Shown here one piece after another: positions 13,560 through 26,270 of a stretch of DNA of 64,000 nucleotides. Source of the stretch: Eledone cirrhosa (taxonomy: Eukaryota); the NCBI GenBank assembly GCA_964016885.1, contig OZ024741.1, forward strand, positions 201,624,001 to 201,688,000, given 5' to 3'. Made by a program: the position numbers and the translations under genes. The notes under the pieces were generated by a model. The model saw nothing but the letters and a program-made list of their open reading frames with translations, had not been told where the DNA came from and ran no database searches. Numbering within the stretch: position 1 is the first letter of the stretch; each line of letters begins with the position of its first letter.

Positions 13560-13870
13560 TTACATACAGTCGTGTAAAAAATATAAAACAAACAATTATA
13601 ACAATCGAAATCCCCAATAGCGGGGAAGCGCCACAAATGTATTGTTTAATACCTAGTCGATAGAACAACCCTCAACTTCAGGAGCGTGTTGTGCAAAATC
13701 TCCCTTATTCCTTTTACCCCCTTCTTTAACCTACAGGCTTATAAATAGAGAAGGTCCAATCACTTGGGCCATTTTCGCTTCATTCACCCACCTTTCAGTA
13801 AATTTACTGGAGTACAGTGCCTCTCTCTCCACTCTGATTCTCCTTCTAAAGTGATACTTTAAGAAGGTTA
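13560..13870 (-). mobile_element. L1/Tx1-like LINE ORF2 C-terminus plus 3' UTR fragment
   Basis: Minus strand reads FLKYHFRRRIRVEREALYSSKFTERWVNEAKMAQV*, resembling the F..RW C-terminal motif of Tx1-type ORF2. A CpG-retaining UTR-like segment follows. Confidence 0.5.
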
Positions 13871-14704
13871 TGTATTTATATACACAGATTATCTTATATA
13901 GACAGATGTACAAGCGTGTTTGTGTATGTTTTCATGAAGGAAGATTTACATAGTGTGTGTGTGATATGAGTGTAAATATCAACAAGTATAAATATATATC
14001 AATATGTATGTAATTGTGTATGTATTTACATGGTACAATTGATCCTGGCTAATTCCTTGTGTTTATCATCAGTGAAACATGGCAGGGGTGCTTTATCTCT
14101 GAGTCACAATATTCCTCTTTTGATGATCTTGTAATTCTGTTGTTCCTCTGTTTTCTTCTTCCAGACATATAAACATGTATATACTGTGTTAGTGATGATG
14201 ATGGTGGTAGTGGTGGTGGTGGTGATGGTGAATGATGTTTGTTTGGTTGTGATGACGATACACACACACACACACGTGTGTTTGAACAATAAAAACAAAA
14301 GTCAGGTGTAGTTAGAGAGTTAGTTCATTGATTTACAATCATTTCAGAGGGTTGATTGAACGGTGGAGTTCGATGTATCTTCAAGGATATCTTAGGCCGT
14401 GACCAGCTACCACAAGAACTACTGGTCATACTGCCGATTCTCGCCACAACTATCCTTCCTAGATACATTGAGTTCTAACAACTTTATCAGCCCCACCACA
14501 ACCAAATGGACTCCAATACACATACATATACAGACACATGTATATATTGAAAGCTGATAAAATAAATATAAAGAATTGACATATCAAGGCAGTGAAGCAA
14601 AATTTAAAAATAAATACTGTGGATGATTGGTTTAGACGTGGCAAGCAGTATATGGAAAATCAAAAGCAATAACAACAGTAATAATTGTTATTATTATCCT
14701 TAGT

Positions 14705-14895
14705 TTTGTGAGTTGGTAAAATCCTTTGCAGTATTTTTATTGACTCTTTAGATTCTGTGTTCAAATCCTGCTAAGATCAACTTTGCCTTTCATCCTCCCA
14801 GGGTCGATAAAATAATGTACCATTCAAGTACTGATGTCAGTATAATTGATTCACTCCTCCCCCAAATTTATGGGCTTGTGCCTAAATTAGAAAGA
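14705..14895 (+). mobile_element. tRNA-derived SINE with Nin/Deu-like domain, decayed
   Basis: B box gttcaaatcc followed by ctttgcctttcatcctcccagggtcgataaaataa. Homologous to the copies at 33777, 43994, 47653 and 56633. Confidence 0.7.
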
Positions 14896-15685
14896 ATTAA
14901 TGCAGTGAATCTCTGGCTACCCTATTAGCTAAACTAGTTGGTGAGATGAGTGGCTTGATAGACTTTTAGGGGAGAAGTTATAAAATAACAATTAAAGAGA
15001 GTTGTTCTTATAAAAAACAATTAAAGAGAGTTGTTTTTATAAAAAAAAGAGTGGGAATAAGATAAAATAATAAAAAATATATTATCGAAATTTGGCCAGG
15101 ACATTGGGGAAAAAGTTAAGCACAGAATTACACACAAATTTGTGATAATAAGTAGAAAGGGCATATAGATAAGAACAAAAATTGGTACAATATTGAGGTG
15201 TATCAATAACGTTATAATGGGCAAAAACAGAAGAGGAGAAAAGTTCACAACTACAATAAGAACAACCAACATTATTATCAGTAAAGCTACCAAACACCAT
15301 GGTAATCGTTTTAGTTGAAATAAATGGGCAGTGGTATCAGTGTTAAATTTAATTGCCTGTTGGAAAGAAGAGTTGGTTGGTTAATTTGAACAAAGATATT
15401 TGTAGAATAATAATTATTAAAAAAAAAAAAAAAGGAAAAAAAGAATTGTGATGCAACATTCCCTCTAAGCTGGACGAGTTCACAGATGTGCATTTGCTTT
15501 ATTGGTGCTATGCACATCAAAATGTTACTACTCAGTAGCTTTGAATTAAAAATATTTTTTCCTCAAACCATCAAACATTCTGCTTACTGGTTAGGAAAAG
15601 TTAGAGGGAACATTGGTAGAATGATTTAATAATGCTATTGTTCCTATCTAAAACTAGTGGGAGGAAGATTAGATAAGTATTATAA

Positions 15686-15904
15686 AGCATTTACATTACT
15701 CTATATATACTATTGTATTTTCATGGTAAACACTTTATTTCACATAATTATCGGACATAACATCGAATATACAAGATTTTAATATTGTTTATCTTGAGAA
15801 CAATACGTTAACATCAGTATGAGTGGCCAGTTACAGCCGGTTTGAACAGAAAGAGGTGAGAGAATTCTGGCCAGATATGGCCGGTTTAAATGCTAAAGGG
15901 TTAA
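15686..15904 (-). mobile_element. TTAA MITE family A (piggyBac-like), one TIR truncated
   Basis: Reverse complement of the 34621-34836 element; ends taaatgctaaaggg-TTAA. Confidence 0.8.
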
Positions 15905-17104
15905 AAATAATTTGCATATAATTTGTGATAGTTCTGTGATAGTGTTTTGAGTGGAGGGAAAAGTATTTGAGGTGTGGGAAGGAAGTGATACAAAATACAT
16001 AACAGACTGAATAAAGGAAGATAATTAAATGGTAAAGTCAAGTATGTATACTCATTAGCAGTTGGGTTAGTTTATTAATATAAAGTGCTTATATGCTGAA
16101 AAAATACTGTGCATACATGATGAAAAACATCTCAGAAAACTTGCTTTTTAGTAGTACATTAGCAAACAATATTTTCAGGTTTATACTCTACAGAGTTTAC
16201 AAGTTTTTTATTACCAGAATAATATTTACCTTCCATGGAAGGGTAATGACTTGCTTGTAAATTCAGTTACATGCAGCTCATGATGTTTGTTTTGCATTTG
16301 TTTTGATTTCAAAAAGTATGGGTATGTCTTAATTTGAACAGGTTTGATGCCATATCAATATAGGCCTTCATGATTGAATATATTTTGATAGTGAACTGGT
16401 AGGCAATGATGTTGGCTTGGCATTGCAAATTGACATGTTAGTTTAGTCAAATTTGGAGTAGTTAAGAAGGTGAGCCTAATTGTATTTTCATTAAACATTT
16501 AGTAATATTTAGGTTGTTTGAAAATGTTTTTTAAGTAATTTGAAAAAGAAAACATTTAGCCACTCAGATAGAAACAGCTAAATTGAAGAGTGGATTATTC
16601 ATTTTCTCATAATTGTATGAGTGTGATGGTTTGTTTGTTAAATCAATTGTTTTTACACCTGGGTGCCTATTCTTCTACTCTCGTGAACTTATAGAGGAAT
16701 CTTTTAATTTATCTTATTTTATATCATTCAGATATAAATTAGCTAACAACGAAAGCAGACATTAAACAATGATGATGATAAACTAGAGTTGGCAGATTTA
16801 GATGCCTTGCTCAGACACAACACAAAGACTAGAGTAATATTCAAACATATGTATAATATTAGTTTTTTCTTTTAAGTTTTAGGTTAATTTTGTTTATATG
16901 TAGGAAAAATCCATTCTTTACAAAGTATTAATATGTTTCTTGTCAGAGCAAAATAAATGTATGAAAATGTATATATAGATTGATGATCTACACAATAAAT
17001 GCAAACAGTACATGCTGTAAAGTGATAAGAAGGGCACCCAGCCTTAGCTTGCCAAACAAGTGTTGGGAGGACCCTTAAGTTGATGTCAAAATAAAATGCA
17101 CTCG

Positions 17105-17478
17105 GAAGTAGAGCATTGGGCTTGCAATTGAAAGGTTGTGAGTTCAATTCTTGGACCGGGTGATGTGTTGTTTCCTTGAGCAAGACACTTTATGTCACAT
17201 TGCTCCAGTTTACTCAGCTGTAGAAATAAGATGATAGGACTGGGGTCCCTATCATTCCACTGTAAAGTGGTTGTGGAGGTGCCACGGCAAAAAAGCACCC
17301 AGCACTCACTGTAAAAGAGGTTGGTGTTAGGAAGGGCATCCAGCTGTAGAAATCAAGCCAGAATCAGTTCCCGTAGGAGCAAGACAAGGTCAGCCGACCG
17401 GACACTGCCCACAGCAGGACAACCCGTCTAACCCATGCTAACGTGGAAGAACGGACGTAAAACGGTGATGATGATGAA
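17105..17478 (+). mobile_element. tRNA-derived SINE with RTE-type 3' tail
   Basis: B box gagttcaattc and central domain ccttgagcaagacacttt. The 3' end matches the RTE 3' UTR at 46860-47040 and ends in (GAT)n. Confidence 0.85.
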
Positions 17479-17612
17479 GTATGCAGGATCATATGTAAGT
17501 GAGATGCAGAACGCTGTCCTGTCTGGGGAGTCAATAGACCCACTTGAATACTGTCTGTGAAGACCTCTCTGAATCTTGCTAGCAGGGAAAGCAAGTGTTA
17601 AATGATAAAGAT

Positions 17613-17670
<58 letters not shown>
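17613..17670. repeat. (TA)n(GA)n compound microsatellite
   Basis: Directly visible. Confidence 0.95.
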
Positions 17671-17672
<2 letters not shown>

Positions 17673-19090
17673 CCCAGGTAGATTTATTAAAGTTTAAATA
17701 AATTAAAAAAGTTAAGTGCGTGTTGAATTCTAAATGCAAGAAATTGTGTTCTTTAATTCTTTTTTCTTTTTTTTTCTGTTAATGAAGTTCAATTATGATT
17801 GTAAAAGGCTCTGAAAACAAAACCAAGCTTTGTATGTGATTGTTAACTAAATACAATATTAAAGGTCACTAAGTAACAAGTAGCAATCCAGAAAGTTTGA
17901 TTAAAATTACATTTGACATTATAAACTCTATTGGATACAAATTAGGTAAACTGCATAGGTCATTCTCTTTAAGGCACATCAGATGGTATTTTCAAAATTT
18001 GGAGTTGATTACTGATTCAAAGATTTATTGTGGGTATACTTATTATAATATAATGCTTATACGCTATTGCATTACTCTGTTGGGATTAAACCATTTTGGT
18101 TATTTTAATGTTTATCAACTAGATTTGTTGAGTAACCTTAGCCCACTACTTGAGTAGACTTATATGTTATGTATATAGATGAGTAAACCTTATACAACCC
18201 ATATACTCCAAACCCTGTATATTCCTTCTGATATCAAACTGCCCCAAACCATCTATGTTTCTAGAATAATAATTTATATAAAAACGTTTCCCAATTTTTT
18301 GTAAAAATTTATATTGATTTTCCAAACACCAGTTTATTAACAATTAAAGCCCTCCAAATTTTTGATTATTTTCAAATTTATTTGAAATTCATCATCACCA
18401 TCTTTCATTATGGTAACAAAAAGGTAAGCTAATATTTTGTCTAGTGTTGGATTACACTGTATACACTTGTGCAATTGCTGTTTGTGACTGATTTTGAAAT
18501 CAAGGCTTATTGAATACATTTTTCTTTGTGTTTCTGAATGTTTGCTGTAATCAAAGAATGATGTTGATAATTTTTTTCTCCTCTCTATTAGATAAACTAA
18601 TCATTTTCAATTAAATAGAAAGCTGGCTTGAATCCTTTCATCTATTTGATAGCAATTAGAGTTAGCTACAACCATTGCTTTCTTCTTGTTGATAGATTTG
18701 TTTATATTATTCCACTTCTGTCTTTTTTTCTTGTTAATTTTAATGTTGTGACTATTATTAATATTTGCAGTGTTATGTAATGATTAATTTTAATTCTTAT
18801 ATGTTGGAAGAGGGTTCCAATAATTCATTTGAAGTAAATAAACAAAATTAACTAAATTTTTCCATATTTTTTATGCATGTAATATGCAATTATTATCTCT
18901 TGAAATGTCAGTTCTAGCCATATGAGATGGAATTGCTGAGTTAGATCTAAGTCTGACATTGTTTCAAAGAGTTCAAAGAACTAACTAAACTGTTAATAGG
19001 AAATGGTTGCTTAAAAGATCTGTCTTAGTGATTAAAAAAAATATTGTGCAAATGTATTGCAACAGTCCAATTAAAATTGAATTTGACTCA

Positions 19091-19302
19091 TTAACACTTT
19101 AGCTTTTAAATCGGCCGAATCCAGCCAGAATTCTCTCATCTCTTTCTGTTCAAACTGGCCATAACAAACTGCATATACTTATGTTAAGGTATTGTTCTCA
19201 AAATAAATATAAAATCTCGTAGCTTCAATATTATGTGAGATAAAGCCTTTACCATGAAAATATAATAGCATATATAGAGTAATGTAAATGTTAAAGGGTT
19301 AA
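19091..19302 (+). mobile_element. TTAA MITE family A
   Basis: TTAA-cactttagctttta...taaatgttaaaggg-TTAA; the body matches the other family A copies. Confidence 0.8.
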
Positions 19303-19789
19303 ACTGAATGCCAGAAAACTTGTTCTAATAATAGCTCAACTGTAATATTATAGGGCAGTTATGCTCATTGGATTAATCAAAAGTCTTTATTGTTTGTTGC
19401 CAATATTTTCCCTTGTAGACTATATATTAATGCTTCTTTTAGAATATAACAAATATTCCAGAAGCTTGGCCTAGCTAATGCTCTAGCACTATCATATTAC
19501 AACTGAGATCTTCATTTATATATCTTATTAGATCAGAAAATGATCTTAGATTTTTTGTTAATTGATCATACTCTATTGTTTTAATATATCATCTTTGTTC
19601 TTGGGAAATAACTGATTGTTATTATTATCAGAAACCAATTTAGAAAGTAATAAGAGAGTAGAAATAGCAACATAAGACTAAAGCCCTTTCAAGTTGTCTC
19701 TTTGTTTATAATTCCAGTGGGACATAGTTTGTTTTTCATATCTCCAAGGACAATGAATATCCTAAACATGTAAAATTGATCCAAAATCT

Positions 19790-21427
19790 TTATATGACCT
19801 CCAAAATGTTTGTAACATAGTAACGTTTTTCGGTGGGGGCATATTTTTAATTACACTAGCCCTCAACAGATCTGGTTGACGACCATTTTTATCGATGATT
19901 TGCCCTAGTGACTTTATTCTAGCCAAGAAAAATGTGTACATCGCTGAGTTTGAACCCATACTCTCTTATCCTTTCAAAAACACACTTGACATGCTGATCA
20001 TGAGATTCACTTTCAATTAATATTTCGTCCAAGTAGGCAATCGCGAAATCACAATCTGCCAGCATTGTATCCATAACTTGTTGGAATATAGCCGGAGCAA
20101 CTTTTATACCAAAGGGTAGTCGGTTAAATTTGTACAAACCTTTATGCGTATTTATTGTCAACAACTTTGTACATTCATCTTCAACCTGTATTTGTATGTA
20201 AGTTTCAGAAAGATCTAATTTTGAGAAAACTGTTCCACTGTTTAGTCTTGCAAAAGTTTCCTCTGGACTTGGCAATGGGTAGTTGTGTGGTTTTAAGCAT
20301 TCGTTTAGTCCTGTCGAATTTTTTAAATTTTTTTTTACATACACTGTTGGAGCCGTCCACTCTGCATGGTCAATTTTTTTTCACTCCCATTTTTTCCTTT
20401 GTTGATTTGATCTAATGCTGCAAACAGTACATTATGTTTGGGTTTAAATACTAGTGACACATTTTCTTTCACTTGAAATTTAGCTTTAGTTTTAGTACAA
20501 TGACCCAACGCATCCGAAAAAACATTGGGGTAACCACCTTTTCGATTCTTCTTTTTAATTTTCTGACTCTTTATTTGAACTGGCAGATGAACCAATTACA
20601 TTTTTACTAAACATATTTATGGGTAATTCCCATAAGTTGAACAGCTTCATGCAGTCAGTACCAAAAAGATTTGTTGTATTTCTTAATACATAAGCTTTAA
20701 ATTTTACGACTTTGCCACAAAATATAACGTTACTTACTATTTCACCTTTAAAAAATAATTTCTTCCCCAAAACGCCACGTGCAATCTTCGAGGTTGCTTT
20801 CCATGTGTCTTCATTGATTATAGTAATGTTCGCTACCTGTACCTAACTGCAATTTCACATTCACGTTGTTAATTTTTGCATACACAAATTTTCTTTGAGT
20901 CCACTAATTTATTTTTTCGCCGATAACGTGTCTACATAATTTTCCCTGTTGAACTTTTTTCTTGGTTTTGTTTTGCAGAGTAATTTTTTTTTTTTGTCCT
21001 ATTCTCTCACACTCAAAGCACTTTAAGTTTTTGAAAGGACAATCATATCTGATGTGTAACCCTCCACATCCAAAACGTGGAATAATTTTTGTTTTTCGTT
21101 TTTTACTTTAGGTGGCGCAGACTATATATGAGAGCAGTCTCTCTCATCATCATCATTATCTTCGTTTAACGTCCATTTTCCACGCTAGCATGGGTTAGAC
21201 ACTCTCTTTGATTCTTTCTGTATCGTGTCTCATATTTATAATTCTCTGAAATTCCTCAGATATTTGTAATGTTAAGTTTTGATTCTGCTCTAATTTTGTC
21301 AGAATTCTGGTACAGATTCCTGCATCTTTCTTTGCAGTTAACCCTTGCATGAACATTAAGCATTTAAACATGTCTTGGGTTAGTTCGATAAGTTTAAGTC
21401 TTTCGCATTCCTTGTTAACAATCCCAG

Positions 21428-21430
<3 letters not shown>
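19790..21430 (-). mobile_element. Ty3/Gypsy LTR retrotransposon gag-pol remnant (frameshifted; no LTRs seen)
   Basis: Gag-like FKCLMFMQGL...RILTKLE, a Cys/His knuckle near 21000-21080, and RT motifs YPLPSPEETFARL, FSKLDLS, YKFNRLPFGIKVAPAIFQ and AYLDEILI. Interrupted by a SINE/LINE tail at ~21145-21200. Confidence 0.9.
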
Positions 21431-21483
<53 letters not shown>

Positions 21484-22039
21484 AATATAATTTCAGCGAG
21501 ATCGTATTTCGGCTATGGTTAAAAACAAAGCGAAACACAATTTTCGAGATATGCGGCAAGCGCTCAATGGACTAAAAGAAGACCAGAGCAATTAACATAC
21601 GTTATAGAGGCCATACAAACTGAAAACGGCGGTCATGAAGCTATCAGCCACCGGAGCCAAAAAAACGAAGCAAGCTAAACAGGTTAACAAAATAATTTAC
21701 CTGGACCTCCTGGAAATTGATGGTATAATCCAGTGGGGGGTTTCTGTGACACCTAAATCAATTACACTGCCTGTTTTCATTGTAAGCTTTTGGTATAACG
21801 ATCGAACAAGGCTGACATTTCGTCAATAGGTATTTTGTACTCAGTCGGCAAGCAGGTTCCAATGCATTAGTAGTGTTAGAGTGATTACTCCATGTGTTTA
21901 CCCTGCAAGGGAAGTAACCCTGGTTTTGGCAGATGGATTCAGAATGTGTAAAATTATTGAAAGAATTGCAAAAAACTGCACAAATTGAATTAAGCTCTCG
22001 ACCGGGTTGTTTTCAACATTTTTATCCCCGCTTCTCATA

Positions 22040-22711
22040 TCAATGGTCCTTTGATGGGCAGGCCTGTTTTGATCCCAAGACTGAAGTTAGCCCCCAATGA
22101 TCCCAACATCCCTTTTGCTTTGGAAAAAAAACAGTTTCCGTTAAGACTGTCGTATGTTATGACAATCAACAAGAGCCAAGGTCAAACATACAATAAAGTG
22201 GGTCTGTTCCTTCCTGAGCCAGTATTTAGCCATGGGCAATTGTATGTCACTTTTTCAAGAGTTCTCAGACAGTCAGATGTTAAAATTAAAGTATTGAACA
22301 CTGTTAAGCAAAGAAGGTGAGGTAATAAAACTGTGACAAAGAACATTGCATGCAAACAGCTATTAAGATAATTCTGAGCCAATTGCAAATTGCAATAGAA
22401 TTGAAACTAATCAGTTAAACAAAAAGTTTGTGTATATTCTCTATATCGTTTTGTATTTCTTTATAATGTAAAGTAATTAAGATAAAACATTGCACATTGA
22501 GGAATATGCTATTATATATTAATCTTGCAGTTTCAATAGAATTAAATACTAACAAATGATATGTGTATGAAATATTGTATAGATTGTTTTGCATATTTAT
22601 GTATCATTTATTGCACAAGCAACAATAATATTTATGTGCAATAGAAATGCAAATCATCCTTTTTTTCTTAAATAGTTCCTCTTGGTTATTTTGTCCATAG
22701 AGTCCCACTAG
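22040..22711 (+). mobile_element. Helitron 3' portion: PIF1-like helicase C-terminus and CTAG end
   Basis: IPRLKL...QFPLRLSYVMTINKSQGQT...VFSHGQLYVTFSRV (PIF1 motifs V-VI). Ends CTAG|T at 22708-22711. Confidence 0.85.
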
Positions 22712-22749
22712 TATATATATGTTTATGTGTATATATATATGTATATTAT

Positions 22750-22990
22750 ACTGGTATCACAAAATATCCAGCCCACACTGTAAAGTGGACGTGTAAAAGA
22801 CATGGCAAAAAGTACCCAGCACACACTGTCAATGGTTGGCAACAGGAAGGGCATCCAGCTGTAGAAAACCAGCCAGAAACTCTCCTATATGAGCGAGACA
22901 TGGTCACCCAACCCAACTTGCCTCTAAATTGGGGCAAACCCGTCTAACCCATGCTAGCTTGGAAGATAGACGTTAATTGATGATGATGAC
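22750..22990 (+). mobile_element. RTE 3' UTR / SINE tail fragment
   Basis: ggaagggcatccagctgtagaaaa...cccgtctaacccatgctagc...gacgttaa(tga)n, very similar to 46860-47040. Confidence 0.8.
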
Positions 22991-22991
22991 A

Positions 22992-24199
22992 TTCTAGGCA
23001 TTCATCAAAGGCATAGTAACAATCGGAAGATGCAAGTCTCGGCATGTCAAACTTTTCAAGGAAAGTTGTTTCAATTTCTCGTAAAGCTAGTTATACTGAG
23101 ATTTTTCTAGTGTGATGTCTAAGGAAGTCTTCAGTCAAACTTTCTTCAAACTTGTTGAACAGTATGTCAGGATTGACTGGATTATTGAAAATACCGGAGC
23201 TGCTTTGGCATATTTGTCGAAGAAGCCTCTTCTAAGCATTTTCTCCACTCATTGTCATTTTGAACCAACTGCCGGCACTCTGCTGCTTCTTTATAGCTGC
23301 CGCATATGAACTCATCCACGGTTTTCAGTTCTTCGAAACTTCGAGCTCCTTTAATATGCAGCAACAAAAGTTCATGTAAAATCTTTCCTGATCCTTGGGG
23401 CTGACAGAATACATTCGACTTAGGATTTTGTCAACTCCATGTTGTCTGAGAGTCCACTGTGTCATTTTCTTATTGTAGACATAATGATAAGGAATGTGTA
23501 CATATTGATATTGTCTTGTATTTTCATCATTTTGGTTGAGCAAGAACCATGCTGTTAGAGGAGTGTTGCGTTGTGCAGCTCTTTCTAGCGCTCGTCTTTC
23601 TTGTCCTTCCTCAAAATAGACGAGCTGTTCCTGCAGGAGATGAACTGGAAGGTAAATAATTGCGTGGGATTTGTCATCCATTTTGAATTCAAGCAATCTC
23701 CACATTCCTTCTGGAGAACTCACATATCTGACATATAGAAAATTCTTGATTTCATCATGAATTATGACATAGCTGTCAGTTGCTTCACTGATGCCTTTAT
23801 ATAGATAAACAAACTCATTAGAGAAAATAATTATTACATGCACACATTTGTGTGTGTGCATGTGTGTATATGTATACATTTATATGTATGAGTAAAACAT
23901 AGGTGAAGCGAACGCTGTTTGCTGTTTTCTATACTTTGTCACAGCCTCCTTTTGTGTGTATGTAATAATTATTTTTCTAAGTGTGTCTGTTTATATATAT
24001 CCATATTTTACACAAGCACTCACATAACCATAACAGCCAATGTATGTAGCCAATTTGCTATACACACGGACACTGTTTTCTGAAGTTTGGTCTCAGCCTG
24101 TCTTTCTTCCTCAGTTTGTCACCACCCCTTCCTTCCTCAGTCATCTGTAGTGTATGATGGACAAATGGACAAATACACAAGGCTATTATATATTAGTAG

Positions 24200-24200
<1 letters not shown>
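22992..24200 (-). mobile_element. Helitron 5' portion, internally deleted, with RepHel linker-region coding remnant
   Basis: Starts A|TCtactaatatataat at 24200. Encodes DEIKNFLYVRYVSSPEGMWRLLEF...LPVHL...TPLTAWF...RMYSVSPKDQERFY..LLHIKGARSFEELKTVD, typical of Helitron RepHel. Confidence 0.85.
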
Positions 24201-24246
<46 letters not shown>

Positions 24247-24248
<2 letters not shown>

Positions 24249-24643
24249 AGGCACATGGCTTAGTGGTTAGAGCATTGGCCTTGCAATCGAAAGGTTGTGA
24301 GTTCAATTCTCAGACCGGGTGATGTGTTGTTTCCTTGAGCAAGACACTTTATTTCATATTGCTCCAGTTTACTCAGCTGTAGAAATGAGATGATAGGGAC
24401 CCCAGTCCCTATCATTCCACTGCAAAGTGGTTATGGAGGTGCCACAGCAAAAAAGCACCCAGCCCACACTGTAAGGTGGACATGTAGGTGCCACGGAAAA
24501 AAAAAAAAGCTCCCAGTACTCACTGTAAATGAGGTTGGTGTTAGGAAGGGCATCCAGCTGTAGAAATCAAGCCAGAATCAATTCCTGTCCCACCCTTGCA
24601 AGCAGGGAAAAGCAGACGTAAAATAGTGATGATGATGATGATG

Positions 24644-24645
<2 letters not shown>
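24247..24645 (+). mobile_element. Full-length tRNA-derived SINE with RTE-type tail, inserted in (TA)n
   Basis: A box tggcttagtgg, B box gagttcaattc, central domain and (GAT)n tail, with (TA)n runs on both sides. Confidence 0.9.
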
Positions 24646-24677
<32 letters not shown>

Positions 24678-25779
24678 AGTAGTAGAGATGCAAATGAATT
24701 GCATTCACAGGTGGTATGCCAAGATGAACACTTGATGCTCTTGGGGAGCAGAGTATCAATAATAATAAATGAGAACAAAGAATCGGTATTGCATCATATA
24801 CATATTTAATTACATATTACATATGCTTCACTGCCGATCAGCTCGAGAAACGATCGAATAGTGTTCGTTCCTGACTCTGGAATCGGGAGCTCCTCACATA
24901 TGTGTTCTCACACGTAGACGTACATCCAAATTTTGTTGAACACCCAATTCGTTATTTTAGGCTGCCACAGACTTTGTGAGAAGAAATGTGTTATTGTTAA
25001 TTTTATCATGCTAAATTGTGTTTGGTCAAATCCTAGTGGGTAGGCAACTTCTGGTCTGGTACAGATGTCGTTCATGCGTGACGGCCTGTCTATAGGCAGT
25101 CTGCGGTTATATGCTACAAAGCCTTGTAAGATTAGAAGAATGTACAGGAATAAAGAAATAAATGTAAATCAATGGATGAGTAATTGATGGTATTACAAAG
25201 ATAAAGAATAAACCGATAAACAAATCAAGCGATAAGAAAATAAATAAGGATAGAAAAAATACAGGAGTGAAATAAAAATATATATAAATAAAATAATTCA
25301 AAGATAATAAAAAACTAAATAAAATAATAAAAATCTTTTTACAAACATAGATAAATAAGTAGGAACTAAATGAAAGGAAAAGAAAAAGGAGTAAGAAAAA
25401 AGAAAAGGAAAAAGAAAGAGTGAATGTCTAGACAGACTATCTGATATATTCCAGCGAACCACTATTAGGGTCCTGTGTAGATAAATCAAAATACTTTGGT
25501 ATTGTAAAAAAAAAAAAAAAAAAAAAGTATGTATGGTCTATTTGGTTATATGTCTATAGGATGCATGTGTGTTTTTGCATATGATTTTGGCTGTGTACAT
25601 GCATGTGTGTGCGTATGTATGTGTAGGACCTTGTGCGTATGTGCGTTCTTATACATACTAAGTTATATTGGGACACTGAACTTAACCGTTGGGTCAAGTG
25701 CACAACAAATTGGGCTACCCCAGTGCACTAGTAGCTTGTATTCCTGTGGCCGGTGCAGATTTAGGCTATCTCCTTACCA

Positions 25780-26270
25780 CTAGGTGGAAAAGTTAAACAT
25801 GGAAAAGGTGTATTTCCTGCCGTGTCTGCATGCCATGATAATTTCAGACTTGAGGTTAACCAAGTTTTGTTTTAATTTCACAATTTCCATGGCTTCCATT
25901 ACTCAGAGGTTGCAATGGTTACCACCCATGGAATACGGGACCGCGTATTGGAATATACTCCAGTCGAGTTTGAAGCTTGTATTGTCTTTTAGCCTCCAAA
26001 TTAGGTCCACTAGTCTTGTGGAGTACCGCTTGGTCCCGTCTTTGAAAGAGTTTGTGTGGTTGTATATCTTTGATTTGAAGTTCGTGGATTTTGCACCGAT
26101 ATAATTGTGTACCATGTCCTGCATTTCAACCACACATCTGTACACGATGTTCCTGACCATACACTTGCCTTGGAGAGGGCTATGCGCTCTATTATGGCAG
26201 TTGCAAACTTGGGGTGATTTGAGTACCTACTCACATACTACAAATTTTCGTTCGGTTTGTGGTACAGTTG
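25780..26270 (-). mobile_element. Penelope-like element, GIY-YIG endonuclease remnant
   Basis: Minus strand reads CNCHNRAHSPLQGKC then MVRNIVYRC...NYIG...FKSKIYNH...STRL...IW...DWSI...CNL*..E..EI...NLKSEI..CRH, the Cys-rich linker plus GIY-YIG domain of Penelope-like elements. Confidence 0.85.

Noticed and set aside
13590-13620. Peptide NNRNPQ as MAP4K exon 1 (RRNPQ motif)
   Set aside because: It is followed immediately by a stop, with no GxGxYG motif or donor, and lies in a LINE 3' UTR remnant.
15021-15300. Hydrophobic ORFs resembling membrane proteins (also 25107-25489)
   Set aside because: They are translations of A/T-rich low-complexity DNA with no homology cues or splice support.
16179-16242. 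Possible cryptic exon (ttttcAG...gGTAATG)
   Set aside because: The splice-like ends are plausible by chance in AT-rich DNA, and the peptide is unrecognisable and does not fit the kinase N-terminus.
22051-22320. Host PIF1 helicase gene
   Set aside because: It is an isolated fragment with no splice sites, adjacent to RepHel sequence and followed by a CTAG terminus, so it is Helitron-derived.
24247-24320. tRNA genes at SINE heads (also 36215, 44549, 47653)
   Set aside because: A/B boxes are present, but there is no intact cloverleaf and each continues into a SINE body.
24831-24875. Hammerhead ribozyme core (ctgccga..gaaac) near the Penelope-like remnant
   Set aside because: The core deviates from CUGANGA, and I could not build consistent stems I and III. 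It needs a covariance-model search.
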